The notes beneath the pieces were generated by a model. That model made no database searches, was not told the origin of the DNA, and worked only from the letters and a program-made list of their open reading frames with translations. A DNA stretch of 64,000 nt from Daphnia carinata (lineage: Eukaryota). The stretch is taken from assembly GCF_022539665.2 (NCBI RefSeq), contig NC_081333.1:6262001-6326000 (forward strand), given 5' to 3'. The translations under genes were made by a program, and so were the position numbers. Each line of letters starts with the position of its first letter. The first letter of the stretch is position 1. Of this stretch, positions 39,060-51,695 are shown piece by piece.

Positions 39060-39320
39060 AATTTCTCCTGATTGCAATGCGGGCGACCCGAGCTCGAGTC
39101 CAGTATCAGTCTTTGTTTCCCCCCCCCCTCCCCCCTTTCGTAACGTAAGCTGGATACGCGCGGCGCTAGGTTCCACTTTCTACTGTTTTTTCCACTCATT
39201 TGAATTCTATATTAATTACCAAACAATGGAAAGTGGAGCACGGTTTGGGATATTAGGCCTGACTGGCAATTTAGTTTTCGGAGCAGGAGGTATTGCGCGC
39301 TGACAGGCCGTTTTTATAAT
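39060..39320 (-). mobile_element. Partial copy of the 16811-17285 MITE family
   Basis: Reverse-complement similarity to 16820-17060. Confidence 0.7.
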
Positions 39321-40487
39321 CTTGTCTTCCCCTTATGCACATTTTCAAGGAGCTATTGGTTACCATATTACACATCACATACTACACTGAAATTTAAGGA
39401 AGCTTTGCACTTAACGTTAACAAAGCTACTAATAATGACAAATAAATTTTAACTGTTTTCGACCATGAAAGACCTTTTTTTATGAGTCTGTAATTAATGA
39501 CGTCACTAAACCTTTTAAAATGAATCCAAGAATTTTTCCTTCAAATTTTCCACTATCATGGAAGGCATGCCAGTGTATTTTTATATAAACTATTACATGT
39601 CTTGCAGATGATAGAACACAAGCCAACATCGGTCATTCATACGATAAATTAGCCATTTTTCATTACTTTGTTCTTTCTTTTCATTTTTCTTACTCTTCGC
39701 TTTCCTCTTTTTCTGTTCTCCGATGCGTTCAGCTCACTTCTTTTTACTTTGTGATTTGATTTTATTTCGTTTCTTAACTGATTTAGCAAGCAATTACACA
39801 TTGTCTTTTACCTATTGCAATACAGAAAGGTAAATTTTTTTGGAGATGTTAAAAAAATGTTTGTCAAATTGAAAGTTTACCTTACCACCTTCAGCTGTTT
39901 GCAGAGAACCTTCCCATGCCTGTATCCCTTCAACGCTTCTTGCCTTTTCAACTTCAGCTTTGCCTTCCAAGATTTTCACTCTTTCTTTGACTTTTTTTAA
40001 ATTTTAATAGTGACTGCTTTTGGATCTAAAGAGTTTTTTTTAGAATGGGTAGAGGAGTAATTAGTTCTCCAAAATCAAATTTGCTGAAAACCAGGTAGCC
40101 TTCACTGCTGAAAATTAGCTTTCGCAATGTCCTTATTATTGTTAGCTCAGAAATTTCTGTTTTGATAAACTCTGTATGATCAGAGGTTAATGACACAGAT
40201 GCTGCCTTGGTGGTTTGCAAAAGTTTTGCAATTTTGGACATCATCTTTTTATTTTTCCTTTTTAGTTTCTCTTCTTCAATTTATCTAAGTTCCGTTTCAG
40301 TTAGGGTTTCATTTTCTCTCTGAAAATAGATGATATAAGCTGGCTAGCTGGTCTTCCTTAAATATAAAGATTAACACATACCTGTGAATTATGATAGCTT
40401 AGCTGCTAGACAATCTTGCAGTTCTTTCAGGATTGGAAGCATGGTTCCTGGTGTAAATTTTCTGGGTAGAACCATTGTGGTCAACGT

Positions 40488-41441
40488 CCCAGCTGGCACA
40501 TCGTTGGCTGGGTCGTAACCATAACGCTATTTGGCCAACTTGTCCCTACCATCCTTTATGCTGCTGATTGTCAATACCTGGTCACTACGTTTTCACTGCC
40601 TCAAATTCCCAAGAAGGTACCATAAAAAGGTTTAAGGCAGTTGGCTGCTGATCTTACCTGGTCACTACCTTTTCACTATCTTAATTTCCCAACAAGTTAC
40701 CATAACAAATTAATTGTTTTTTGGAACTGTTTGCTAGTAAATTTTATTTCGACTCGATATTAGAAGAAAAATAAATTCAAAATAAAATTTTCAATGAAAA
40801 TTTGTTTATTTAACTTCTATCGGTCCTTGTCTTCCATCAGTAAAGGAAAAATAGCAAAATGGCTGGTTTCTTCCGCCTCCTCGTCAAAATCATATAATTG
40901 CCAGGACATAGGAATCGCATATGCTTTGCATTTTACATTTTCAATTGGGTAGCTTATTAGGGGACTGATTAAATTAGTATTCACACGGTACGTTTGAAGG
41001 ACACCATTTGCATCAAAAGGAGATTCCAAAAGCGGTTCGGGCTCGAGAAAACGGAAACCAACAATTTCTACATCATCACCAATCTGCATAACATTTTGAA
41101 TACATACAATTGTTCCATCGTTGATGAAGACACAGTTGTTAGGGGCTCTAGTAGTTAATCACCAGGGACCAAGTACAGCAGTTCTATACTGCTTTGCTTC
41201 GAAAAGAACATCGTTACCATCAGGTAAAGGGCCACGACAATGGGGATTAGACAACAGTAATGAAGGGACGTAGACAGGGGTGGATAGCTTTTTAAAACTT
41301 GCCGCTTCTGCCAGCCTTTTACCTACCTGTGCCAAAGGGTTTTGACTGCGACGAATTTTTTTCTTAATCTGCTGTAGAAAGTTTTCGAACGGGAAACAGC
41401 TGAAGCTATCGACAGGGCCGAAACGCAGTACATCATCAGGA
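40488..41441 (-). mobile_element. CACTA/EnSpm transposase C-terminal fragment with terminus
   Basis: Hand translation gives PDDVLRFGPVDSFSCFPFENFLQQIKKKIRRSQNPLAQVGKRLAE...PNNCVFINDG...KCKAY with one stop. Terminus CCCAGCTGGCACA at 40488. Confidence 0.75.
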
Positions 41442-42485
41442 GGAGGTCGGAGAAAAAAGCCCAGACGAAAAAAGCCCAGACGAAAAAGGCCCGCGAAAAA
41501 GGCCCAGACGAAAAAGGCCCATACGAAAAAGGCCCACTTTTTTCCAAATTCAAAAGTGGGCCTTTTTCTCCATTGGACTGGGCCTTTTTCTCAGCTCAAT
41601 TTCTTTGTTCCTACAAACTTTATATTTGTTTCCAAAATTGTATTTCCCACCTCTATTCCGTGGAATTTGGAATGTACAAAGGTTGCTGAAACCGTGATAT
41701 TCTATAAGGTTTGCAGAGATCAAACAATGTTAGCGTTTGTACGCTAGTTAATCTTTGATTATTTATTCGGTTGCAATCTTATTTCGGATTATGTTAGTAT
41801 TTATCTATTGCTAATACATAATACATAAGGTTCATTTTTCACAATTTTTGCTTACTGAACAACTATCGCTTCTTTAAATATAATAGAAGAAATACATGTT
41901 TTCCGCACTTAGCCTTGTTCTGTCCACCCTCTTTAATCATTCCTCCCAACCCCCAGTCCATTTCCCTTATTATTTCCCTTTGTCGATGCTTATGCCATAG
42001 ATAAAGACCACTGATTCGTTGTGAATACGGAAACTGAATGAGTTCCGCGGGGCTTTTGTGGTTGCTGGGAACAAAGATATGTTACCACGAAGACTAGTTT
42101 GTAATTATTAACATTTGATAAATAATGTTTATAGGAACATTTAATAAATAGTGTTTATAGGAATAATATTACAAACTTAAACTATCGTCTGAGGCAAGGA
42201 CCAAAACAAAGACTATTGTAATTCAATATTGATTCTAATACCATTTATTCCTTATACGTTTTCAATTCTTTTAACAATTACAAAGAGCCCAATAAATATA
42301 TTAAAATTATAACCTACTGCTATAAATGATTTTGTTCGTTCTTCGTGTCCTGTTTTCACCTTTTGCACATTTTCAAGCAGCTATTGATTACCTAATTACA
42401 CATCACATACTACATTAAGATATAAGGAAGCTTTACACTTTACGTTAACAAAGCTACTAATAATGACAAAACAATTTTCTACCAT
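41442..42485 (+). mobile_element. Composite element, inverted copy of about 3520-4780
   Basis: Same AAAAAGGCCC terminus, and the same internal junction to the CATAGATAAAGAC P-like end at 41996. Confidence 0.75.
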
Positions 42486-44403
42486 GACGGTGGCAAAAAC
42501 AATAAAGATGAATTGAGCAAGCTAAATAAAAAAAAATTGATAAATGTAATGTGTGAACAAAGCGAACACAGACAATGAAAGAGACAAATTTTGCAAAAAT
42601 ATTTTATAAAAAAAATTTATTGACAATTCTCTGCACATTACAATTATTTTTGCAACTTTAAAAAGGCACAATAGCCCTTTCAAAAGTTGCCGTCGACCCA
42701 GGCAGGGGGAGACACTGCCTTGTTGACCCACCGGGGAGATTACCCGGTGATTGGCTAAGAGAAGCCGGAAGAAGAGCTGAAGATTTGGAACATTTTTAAA
42801 GGAGCGATTAACCTTTAGTTCGAATTTGTGGGTAGCCACGTCGCCCTCCGTGAACACATCATCGGACTAAGCGGACCCCCACGTCCCCTTTCCGGCCAGA
42901 GCCCTCCAGACCTCGGTATATGTTGTTTTTATATATACCGTACAGTAGGGGCATGACCCCCTACGGGCTTATTACGAGTCAAGGGGAAACGGGGCTACGG
43001 AAAGGAAGGGAGCCCAGATATGCACTTCAATTTTTTTAATACAAAATACCGTCTCGGGAATCCAAATTAAGTATAGAAATGTCATGTCATCCATTCAATC
43101 ATTACAATTTATTCAGTGTCTTGCCCCAACCAAGAATCTTTTCAGATCCAATGTTACTATTAACCTATGCTGAGAAAAGAAAAACAACACCATGAAGCAT
43201 CTCAATTGTTGCTCATGTCACTTACATGACTTATAGATTCAACTTCTGGCAGAAGCTTGGGAAAGGCCATACAAATTGCAGATGAAAATCATTGTATAAG
43301 GCTCTTGAATGATAAAATAGCACCCCTAGAATGTTGCATTGTTGATAGTTGTATTCCCAGTATGCTGAAAATCCTTTCCTATTGGATAAATTTTTTTCTG
43401 TAGATTAGACATGGTTGGCAAAAAGGAGGAGAAAAGCTTCATCATAAATTCAAACATTTTTCAAGAAAATTCCTTACATACCTAAAGAGTCCATGTATGA
43501 TGCTCATCGCTGCAATGCCAGTGAAGTGAAACATCTTTAGGGCCATTTAAGTACCCAGCTTCACCAACACTCTGAGCGTAAAGGACAAGTTGTTCTTTAG
43601 CAAGGGAAGCAGAATTACTTGAGGCTTCTAGCTGTGACAGAACTATAAAGGATTGCTGTTATACAGGATTCATTCACACAAGATGGTACTTCTCATTAGA
43701 CAATGTGCATACGCTATTACTTTACCTCATACCTTAATGGTAATGCACTCTCAGTGTTTTTCAACTGTAGGCTGACTCTTCCATCCTGTAACACTTCCAG
43801 ACTTGACTTGATCCCCTGTTAAAATTCTGTGAATGCAAAATAATAGCATTAAAAATACTTTTTCGATAGACAAAAAACCGAAAAGTACCTAATTCATGTT
43901 TAATGTTGAACTCGTGCTATTTCTGGGTTTCCGTACCACACCCATTTTCAGCCCAAATACAGTCCCACAACTGTTCACTTCCTTCGCTGCATGGACTTAT
44001 TACTAACAATTCTTTTAGTGCAGCACTAACAGAATTTAACTTTAACACACTGTCAGGTGGTAGACTGAAGAACTAAACAATAAATAATTGTTTGTTAAAA
44101 TTCTATACTTATTTTGAATTCTTATTTGAAAAGTTTAGGTACCTGACTGTGTTCGCCTAATGCCAATTCATCCTCGTGTTCATTTAGGGAAGAGTTTTGA
44201 AAAACCTTGGAACCTTCTTGAACAGTTTGGAAACTGTTCCGTTCCAATTTGTTCTTTTCCGCTAGCTGAGCTTGCAGACTCAAAATTTGAGCTACAAAAC
44301 ACAAATGAATAAAAGCAAATAAATAGAATCATTACGTATTAGGCCTTACCATCCTTAGCTTTGCTGTTATCTAATATTTTGTGTTGTTCCAATAATTGGG
44401 CCT

Positions 44404-47226
44404 GGTGGAATCTATTGCACCGAAATATTTCGGTGCAATAACGGCCATTTCCCCTATTGCACCGAAATCTTCAGGCTGGTCGCGAGGCAATATGTACTAC
44501 TTAGTACATAATCGCGCCTACAGTTTTCTATATGGAGAAAGTGTGCGTTGTCGCCACTAGGGCCTTGATTTGGTTGCTTTAGTGGTTAAACCACTAAAGT
44601 TAAACCAGTTAAACAATAATGCGTGTAGCGCATGTCTTTTAAATTAATGAAATTACTTGAAATAACATGAATTCGGTTGATGTAAATTTTTCCAATGAGG
44701 TAATATGTACAATATAAATACTAATGTATATGTTACAATTATACATAGATATTTATATATATTACTATTATATATGTACGGTACTATTATACATATAAAA
44801 TACTATAATATATATTATATATATTTATTCTGCTTATATAATGAATATGTACAATTTGTGTGGTAATTGAAATAAAATATAAAAGAAATTTTTTTTTATT
44901 ATTTGTCAGCTAAATTAATTGCAATAATTAGTTGATTAATTACAGTAAATAGCCCATGGTAAGGGCTATCTATTTTTGTGTAATTGTTATTAACATTTTC
45001 AAAGGGAAAAAATCTTAAAGGCAAAATGTGTTTTTGTTGTTTTTCGATCTAAGGTTCTAATGGACGCAACTGATAAAAACAAAAAAATTGATGTTACGCT
45101 TAAACTTTTCCTTTTCTGAAAATTTAACATAACTTTCATAGAATTAGATAGTTCTTGGTAAGAGCTATCGATTGATGCAAAATTTGTCAATTTTGACTGT
45201 TTATTTTCCTCATAAATAATTATTAAGGGATTTCATGATTTTAGAAAGGGGAGGGGGTGTGTGAAAAAGACGAAACTTTGCATTGATTGTTTGATGCTTA
45301 ACCTTCGTCAAAACACGAAATCATTATAATATTTTTGTTGCTGGTGATTCCAGGAACAAGTTGTTATAAACGTTTATTTTTAGGATGCATTATTTAATCC
45401 CAAAAATTACGTTTGAAAAGTGGTTTTTGATAAATCATTATGGCGGCCATTTTTTTACCGCGCCAAGTTCAAATTTTAAAAAGTGTAAATAAGTGTAAAA
45501 AATTGTAATTATAAGTACATATTTACATTTTGTTTGTGTCTAGAGAATATCAGTATTCTGTCTTAGATAAAAAATCTTAAATATTAACTAAGATAAGTTA
45601 AACAAATTTATTTCATGGGTTCTCATTTAATTTACAATTTTACGTGTCTTTTTCCACATTTCAGCGTGGAAAAACTCCAAGCAGACAATATTCCAAAAAA
45701 ACAATTGACTAACGCCCTGCGCGTTTATCATGTACCCCATAAGAAAAAGTGCATCTGCAACTATGTACTACTTAGTACATATGTACTGAGACCATGTTGG
45801 AAATCTTTCGTTGCAATAAGGGCTTTTTTCACTATTGCACCGAAATCTTTCGTTGCAATAAGTGGCCTTATTCGCTATTGCACCGAAAGATTTCCTTGCA
45901 CTTAAAAGTTGTTTCTAGCCTATCATAACTAAAAATTAACACCTCTATTACTAAGAACTATATTAAATTTAACTATTTACTTCTTAAAATTATTAAATTT
46001 TAATAATAATGTCGTATTCGTATTGCTGTGTGTATTGCTACGAAATCTTTCGTTGCAATAACGGCCTTTTCCCCTATTGCAACGAAAGATTTCGTTGCAC
46101 TTAAAATCGTTCTACCCTATCGTAACAAAAGATCCCGAGGTATATTTGAGTGTTTAATTAGTAAATTTTTGCCTATTTTTTCTTCCTTCGTAGTATAATT
46201 CTTCTTTTCGAATTTCGTTTTTTTTTTCGGCGGGTCATTTTTCCCCATCCACCTACACCTTTGTGGGGCATTTTTTGAGTTTTTTCTTTACGGTGCACCG
46301 TTTTTACCCGCCCCCCTATGCCTTAACGAGACATTAATTTTTTTGTTTATTCTTTTCATCTGGCCATTTTATTGCGGCCCGATTTTTTTTTTGTTTCTTT
46401 TTTTTTTTGGGCGGGTCATTTTAGCCAGTCGCACATGTGCATCTTACCATGGCATGAAATGTGACGAACAAAAAAAAAATAACGCGCGATGGCATAGGCG
46501 GCCGGGCAAAAACGGCCCGCGGGAAAAAACAGAAATATTTTTTGAATCAGTGAAGAAATGGACTTTGTCTTTTTTAATCTGTTTTTTCGGCGGGCCATTT
46601 TTGCATCCTCAGCTTTCGATTTTCCACCTATTTGACTACTCATTTTTGACCAATCCTTTCATTTTTCAAAATCTTTTTGAAAAAAAATGTAAAAGATGCC
46701 CAAGGAAGGCATATGCAAAAATGGCCCGCCGAAAAAAAAGATTAAAAAAAAGACCAACAAAGGCATAGTCCGGTCGGCAAAAATGGCGTGCCGAAAGAAA
46801 AAAAAAGGAAAAAAATACGCCCACGAAGGCATAGTCAGGCCGAAGTGGAAAATGTAAAAAAAATGCCGTGCATAATAAAAATACGGAAATGTGGCTTACG
46901 TTAAAAAAAGCCTTAACCACAACAATACACTGCCACTGTACAACACAAATATTTAAATTACGGAACTTAGCACGCGTTTGCCGAATCTTAATTAGTAATA
47001 AACATAGTATATTAGTAGTATAATAATTTTTATATTTCGGTACAATAGGGAAAAAACTATATTATTGCAACGAAATCTTTCGGTGCAATAGGAAATAAAG
47101 CCACTTATTGCAACAAAAGATTTCGGTGCAATAGTGAAAAAAGCCCTTATTGCAACGAAAGATTTCGGTGCAATAGGGGAAAAGGCCGTTATTGCACCGA
47201 AATATTTCGGTGCAATAGATTCCACC
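44404..47226. mobile_element. Non-autonomous MULE with palindromic subterminal repeats
   Basis: TIR GGTGGAATCTATTGCACCGAAATATTTCGGTGCAATA and a perfect 9-bp TSD ATTGGGCCT. Confidence 0.88.
44472..45799. mobile_element. hAT-type element nested in the MULE TIR
   Basis: 8-bp TSD GAAATCTT, CA...TG imperfect TIRs, and TATGTACTACTTAGTACATA near both ends. Confidence 0.8.
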
Positions 47227-47401
47227 ATTGGGCCTGCAGATTCATAATTTTATCTAATAAACAATAATTAATAATTGAAAACCAATATAATAATGTTTAT
47301 ACTAACCATCGTTTTATTGTATTATCCATTTTTCAATTGTTCCTCCAGCCACGCGTTATTCTCCATCCACGCTACTGAACTAACTGCGAATGGCATCCAA
47401 T

Positions 47402-49449
47402 TAGTGTTGGCGACTATCTAAACCTGAAAACGATATATCGATATTTTTAGATACTTTTTAGATAGTCGACTTTTTTAGATAATCGCTGTATCGATACACT
47501 CCAAATAGATCTCACGTTTAACAATAGATGGCGTGTAGTGCAAATGAAAAAAAAACTATGATAATTTAAAAATTTTCATCTCTGCCTAGATTTGAACTCC
47601 GACGCTTCGTGTTACGAGCGCCGACTTAACCCACACCACTAAACCAGTAAGAAAAAAACGACATGGCACAAGTATGGTTTTCGTTGGCGAGTATCGATAC
47701 AAATATCATAAAATACAATATTTTTATCGTCTGCTTTATTTTACAAGTCTTAACAGATGATTTTAGTTACACATATCAGTGTTGCCTTATGAAATACAAT
47801 AGATTTTTGTTGAAGTTCTTATTACATGAATATAAAATGTAGAGAAAATAATAATTTAACATTGTGCAAATGTATTTATCGTCAGCATATAAAAATATGT
47901 ATTTCAAATAAAAAAAAACGTTTCACAGACGTATTCGAACTTCTGTACTTTGTATTGCGAGCGCGGAATTGATCCACAACGCTAACTCTCCACAATTTGT
48001 GTGTGTCAGGCAATAAGTCCAACGTTGGGTGCCGAGTATCAATACAAATTTCAGAAGCAACTGTTATTTACCGTCATCTGCTTTATCAACGATGCTAAAC
48101 AGAATACTATTTTGCTCTGAAAATCTGTTACATTTATAAATTACAAATGTTATTTTATTAGTATCGTACACGCCTCAGAGAGCGATCATCCTAAATTTTT
48201 GTTACTCAGATACGTTCAAAATATAATGTCTAGCAGATTATAAAAAAATTGCCCTAAAACAGATTTGAACTCGAGAATTCCGAATCCCAATCGCAGTACT
48301 TATCCACAGCGCTACTCCCTCATGATAAGTGATTGCAAAGCAATACATAATAATCGTGTTAACAAGTATCGATACAAATTGCAGACGAAAATCTAACATT
48401 GCTGTCGTCTGCAACGATTTAAATTGAAGATTTATTTACTATTGATATCAGGGTTGCCACCGCAATTGATAGTATTCTTATACAGCAAATTAACTATTAA
48501 AAACGGCACAATATTTATATAGGACTGTAATGCAAAATATTTGTGAATTCCCGTTAAAAAACATTTACAACATATTTTTGCAATAATGAAAAATATTGGA
48601 AAACTATGTCTCCGTTGAGGGTTGAACTCCATACCTTCATGTCCTGAGCCACATCTTCTTCCACTTAGCCATGACGTTCTTAGAAAATACGTAACCAGCA
48701 AGGTGGTATTGGTGTGGGATAGTATCGATACAAATTGTAGACGAATATCTAATTTTTATCGTCGTCTGCTCAATTTTACGAAGCTGCGCAGTGAAATTTT
48801 TCAGTATTAGGGGGTGTTGCCATAAAATTTATCAGTGCTTTAAGTTTCGTAATATGATATTATAAATATTTTAAAAAAGGACAAATGCTACCGCTTCTAA
48901 AAGACCTTCTTGTAAAAACATTTATGCAATTTTTATCACAAAACCAAAAATTGTGGAACAATCGTCGATTGGGCTTGAACCCAAGGGCTTTGTGTCATGA
49001 ACCTCGCCTTATAGCTCTGCGCCAGCACACTGCTTACAAATTGAATCATAATCCAAATGCATTGTTGTTGAATAGTATCGATACAAATCGACAACGGAAA
49101 TCTAATATTTCAGTCGTCTGCATGCTTTTCAAAGCATAAAACACATTATTTGCAAAAAATCGATAAAAACATACATCCGTACCTAGCGTTGAACTCGGAA
49201 TTATTGCGCCACAAGCGCTGTCTATAACCACAGCGCTATAACATTTGTTATTGAAGACGATGGTTGTCGCATAAGGGTATTGTTTATAATTATCGATACA
49301 AGCCCGACAAACTAACCCCTATCATTTGTGCAGTGCTATTTTTGGCCGGTAGATGGGGGTTATTAGATATTTTATCGATAATCGTATCGTTATCTAAAAG
49401 TGGGCGTAGATAATTGTATCTAGCAGAACTTAGATAATCGCCAACACTA
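47402..49449. mobile_element. Non-autonomous hAT-type element carrying a tRNA-like cassette array
   Basis: TIR TAGTGTTGGCGA(C/T)TATCTA with TAGATA/TATCGATA subterminal repeats. The 8-bp TSD ATTGGATG is recoverable at 47394-47401 (as CATCCAAT) and 49645-49652. Confidence 0.8.
47570..49300 (-). ncRNA. Array of six tRNA-like Pol III (A-box/B-box) cassettes; transcription unproven
   Basis: A-box starts at 47641, 47984, 48314, 48671, 49024 and 49238. The GTTCRA B-box lies exactly 44 nt downstream in each, followed by T-runs. A conserved motif lies upstream. Confidence 0.6.
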
Positions 49450-49739
49450 GCTTCAGGACGCCTCCACTTGAGGGCAGTATAAGCAGATGGAAACCATGAG
49501 CAATAACAAAGTTATGGCAATCCGTTTTACACACAAAAAAAAAACTTTCGCCAAAAAAAAAAAAATCACACTTTTTTCTTTTTTTCCGACACGTAGCCAT
49601 CAACCGCTCAGACTCGTTATTACTGGCGTAGGCAATTTCAGTCCATTGGATGTAGTGTTGGCGATTATCTAAGTTCTGCTAGATACAATTATCTACGCCC
49701 ACTTTTAGATAACGATACAACTAAATAAAAAAAAACAAA

Positions 49740-51437
49740 TTCGTAGTTTTTGCGATCCATAGATATACTGGACCCAAACGATAAAACGAAAAAAATTCTT
49801 TCGTTCTCAAACTTTTGGTTTATGGAAATACTGATTTAAGTTTTAGAGAAATCAAAAGCTCTTACTAAGGGCTTTTCATTGCAGTTAAAACTATTCCTTT
49901 TAGACCCATAGTTTGTCCTATAATAATTATTTAATTTTTGGACAATATACGGGGGGGAGGGGAAACGACGAAAAGTCGTAAACTTTGGGACCTTGGTTTG
50001 GACATTTTTTTTGCTTATTTCATGTTGCAAATATAGTATTTCGATTCCTTATAACACCAGGAATGTCATGGTTTGCATGTAATAGCAAAACTTTGTGATT
50101 TAGTTGTAAAATTTTCTAATAATGAAACGACCAATCACGTTCAAGAAGACAGAAGCCATTCTTTTTACGCGGCATTTTTAAGTTTTTTATATTATCTGGG
50201 TAATTTTAGTTTTAACTATGGATTAAGGGTTTGTTGCTAAATTTTTTATTCGCGCATTTGTTTCATTTTACCACTGTGAAAGATAATTCTCACAGATTTT
50301 TTATCGGTTTTAAAATCAATTAAAAGAAACATTATTTTTATAAACAACTCTTGTGAGAAAGAAAAAAGTTCTTATGCCATTAGTAAAACACTAAGAGAAA
50401 AGTAACAATTATTGGGTTGTTCGACGTCTAGTTTATTTTTGAAATTCTTCCCACCGGACAATAGCTGGTGTATGCACTTTACAATGAGTATTCCTTGATT
50501 TTCATTTAGGGTAGAGGATCTTGACGAGCTGACATAAAGATGTAAAATTAATTATTATTGAGGAAAAGGATTTATCAATCGTTTAAAGTCTTACCTTTCC
50601 TTGAGGTCCTCGTAAGAATAACCCATCAGGAGTTTTGATTACATAAGCATTATTGACTTTGATAATATTTTTCGTTTGAGGAGAACAGGAGGTGAGTGAC
50701 GCAGTAGGTGTAGGAGAAGGACTCGGCGTAGGAGGGAAGGGAGGCGACGGGCTAGGTGTAGCATTGCGGGAAATGCAACGTTCGTCTATTCCAGCTCCAC
50801 ACGAAACGTAGTGTGAAACGTTATTTTTAAAGCAATTCACACCTTTAGTGGCTCCTAATAAATAAAGAATTCAGTTACAAAATGAACTAAATAAAAAAAA
50901 TGTTTGAACAAACACCTTGAACACCAACACTGTCGCTAGTGAAATATTGTTTCTTAGATATTTGGCTTTTTTCCAGGGCGACTGTTAGAAGATAAAGAAT
51001 TTAGTTAGCTGGGATGAAATACTGAATTAAATTAAACAATTCACCTGCTTGTGCAACTGTTGACGATAATGTGTCATTGCAACTTTCGGAAATATCCAAA
51101 CGTTTTTGAATTCCTAATACAAATGAAGACGTAAATGATAAATTATTATTTAGAATTATGAAAATAAAATTATTATACGTGGAGCAGCAGCCTTTCCCAC
51201 AGCTTTGGTGGCTCCTAATAAATATTATTAGGATAAATATTATTCACAATAGGGGAAGCTTTTGGAAGTAATTTTGAGCCCATTTTGACATTTGGAATGA
51301 TGCAGACGACACGTTGCCAGCGGGGGTGGTTGCCTTCTTCAATGGTGGTGTATACTGGCTGGAGAGCAATCAAATTGCGAGAATGGGGGGGCCGCTGGGA
51401 ACCCGAACGGTCGAGTCAAAACGCGGAGACTATGTTG
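49740..51437. mobile_element. Diverged remnant of the CAACATGGTCTC hAT family with intron-containing gene-like fragments
   Basis: 49740-50000 and 51300-51437 resemble 55750-56000 and 56500-56668. It ends GGAGACTATGTTG. Confidence 0.55.
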
Positions 51438-51695
51438 ATTTGAACTCGGGCCTCCCGCACTGTAATCGGAGGTGCTATCCACTAGGCCATTCAACTGATA
51501 TTGTATGTCCTTTCCTTATGGTTTTCCTTTAGGATGTCAGGATATCTCTAATTCTAGTCTACAGATGGCTCTCTGTCGCTACCAGCTCCGCCCACAAAAA
51601 GGCGGAAATTTCGACCACAAGTCCCCGCAAATCCTTGTGGCATTTACACACACCGTGGAGCAACCAGGTTTCTATGACTCTGACCATGCTACAAG

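Noticed and set aside
44700..44900. AT-rich tract as origin or regulatory element
   Set aside because: Low-complexity interior of a nested hAT element.
47570..49300. Functional tRNA gene cluster
   Set aside because: A and B boxes are present, but acceptor stems do not pair and most anticodon and T stems are broken.
47570..49300. CRISPR-like array
   Set aside because: Eukaryotic context, degenerate motifs, a period of about 340 bp and no cas-like ORF.
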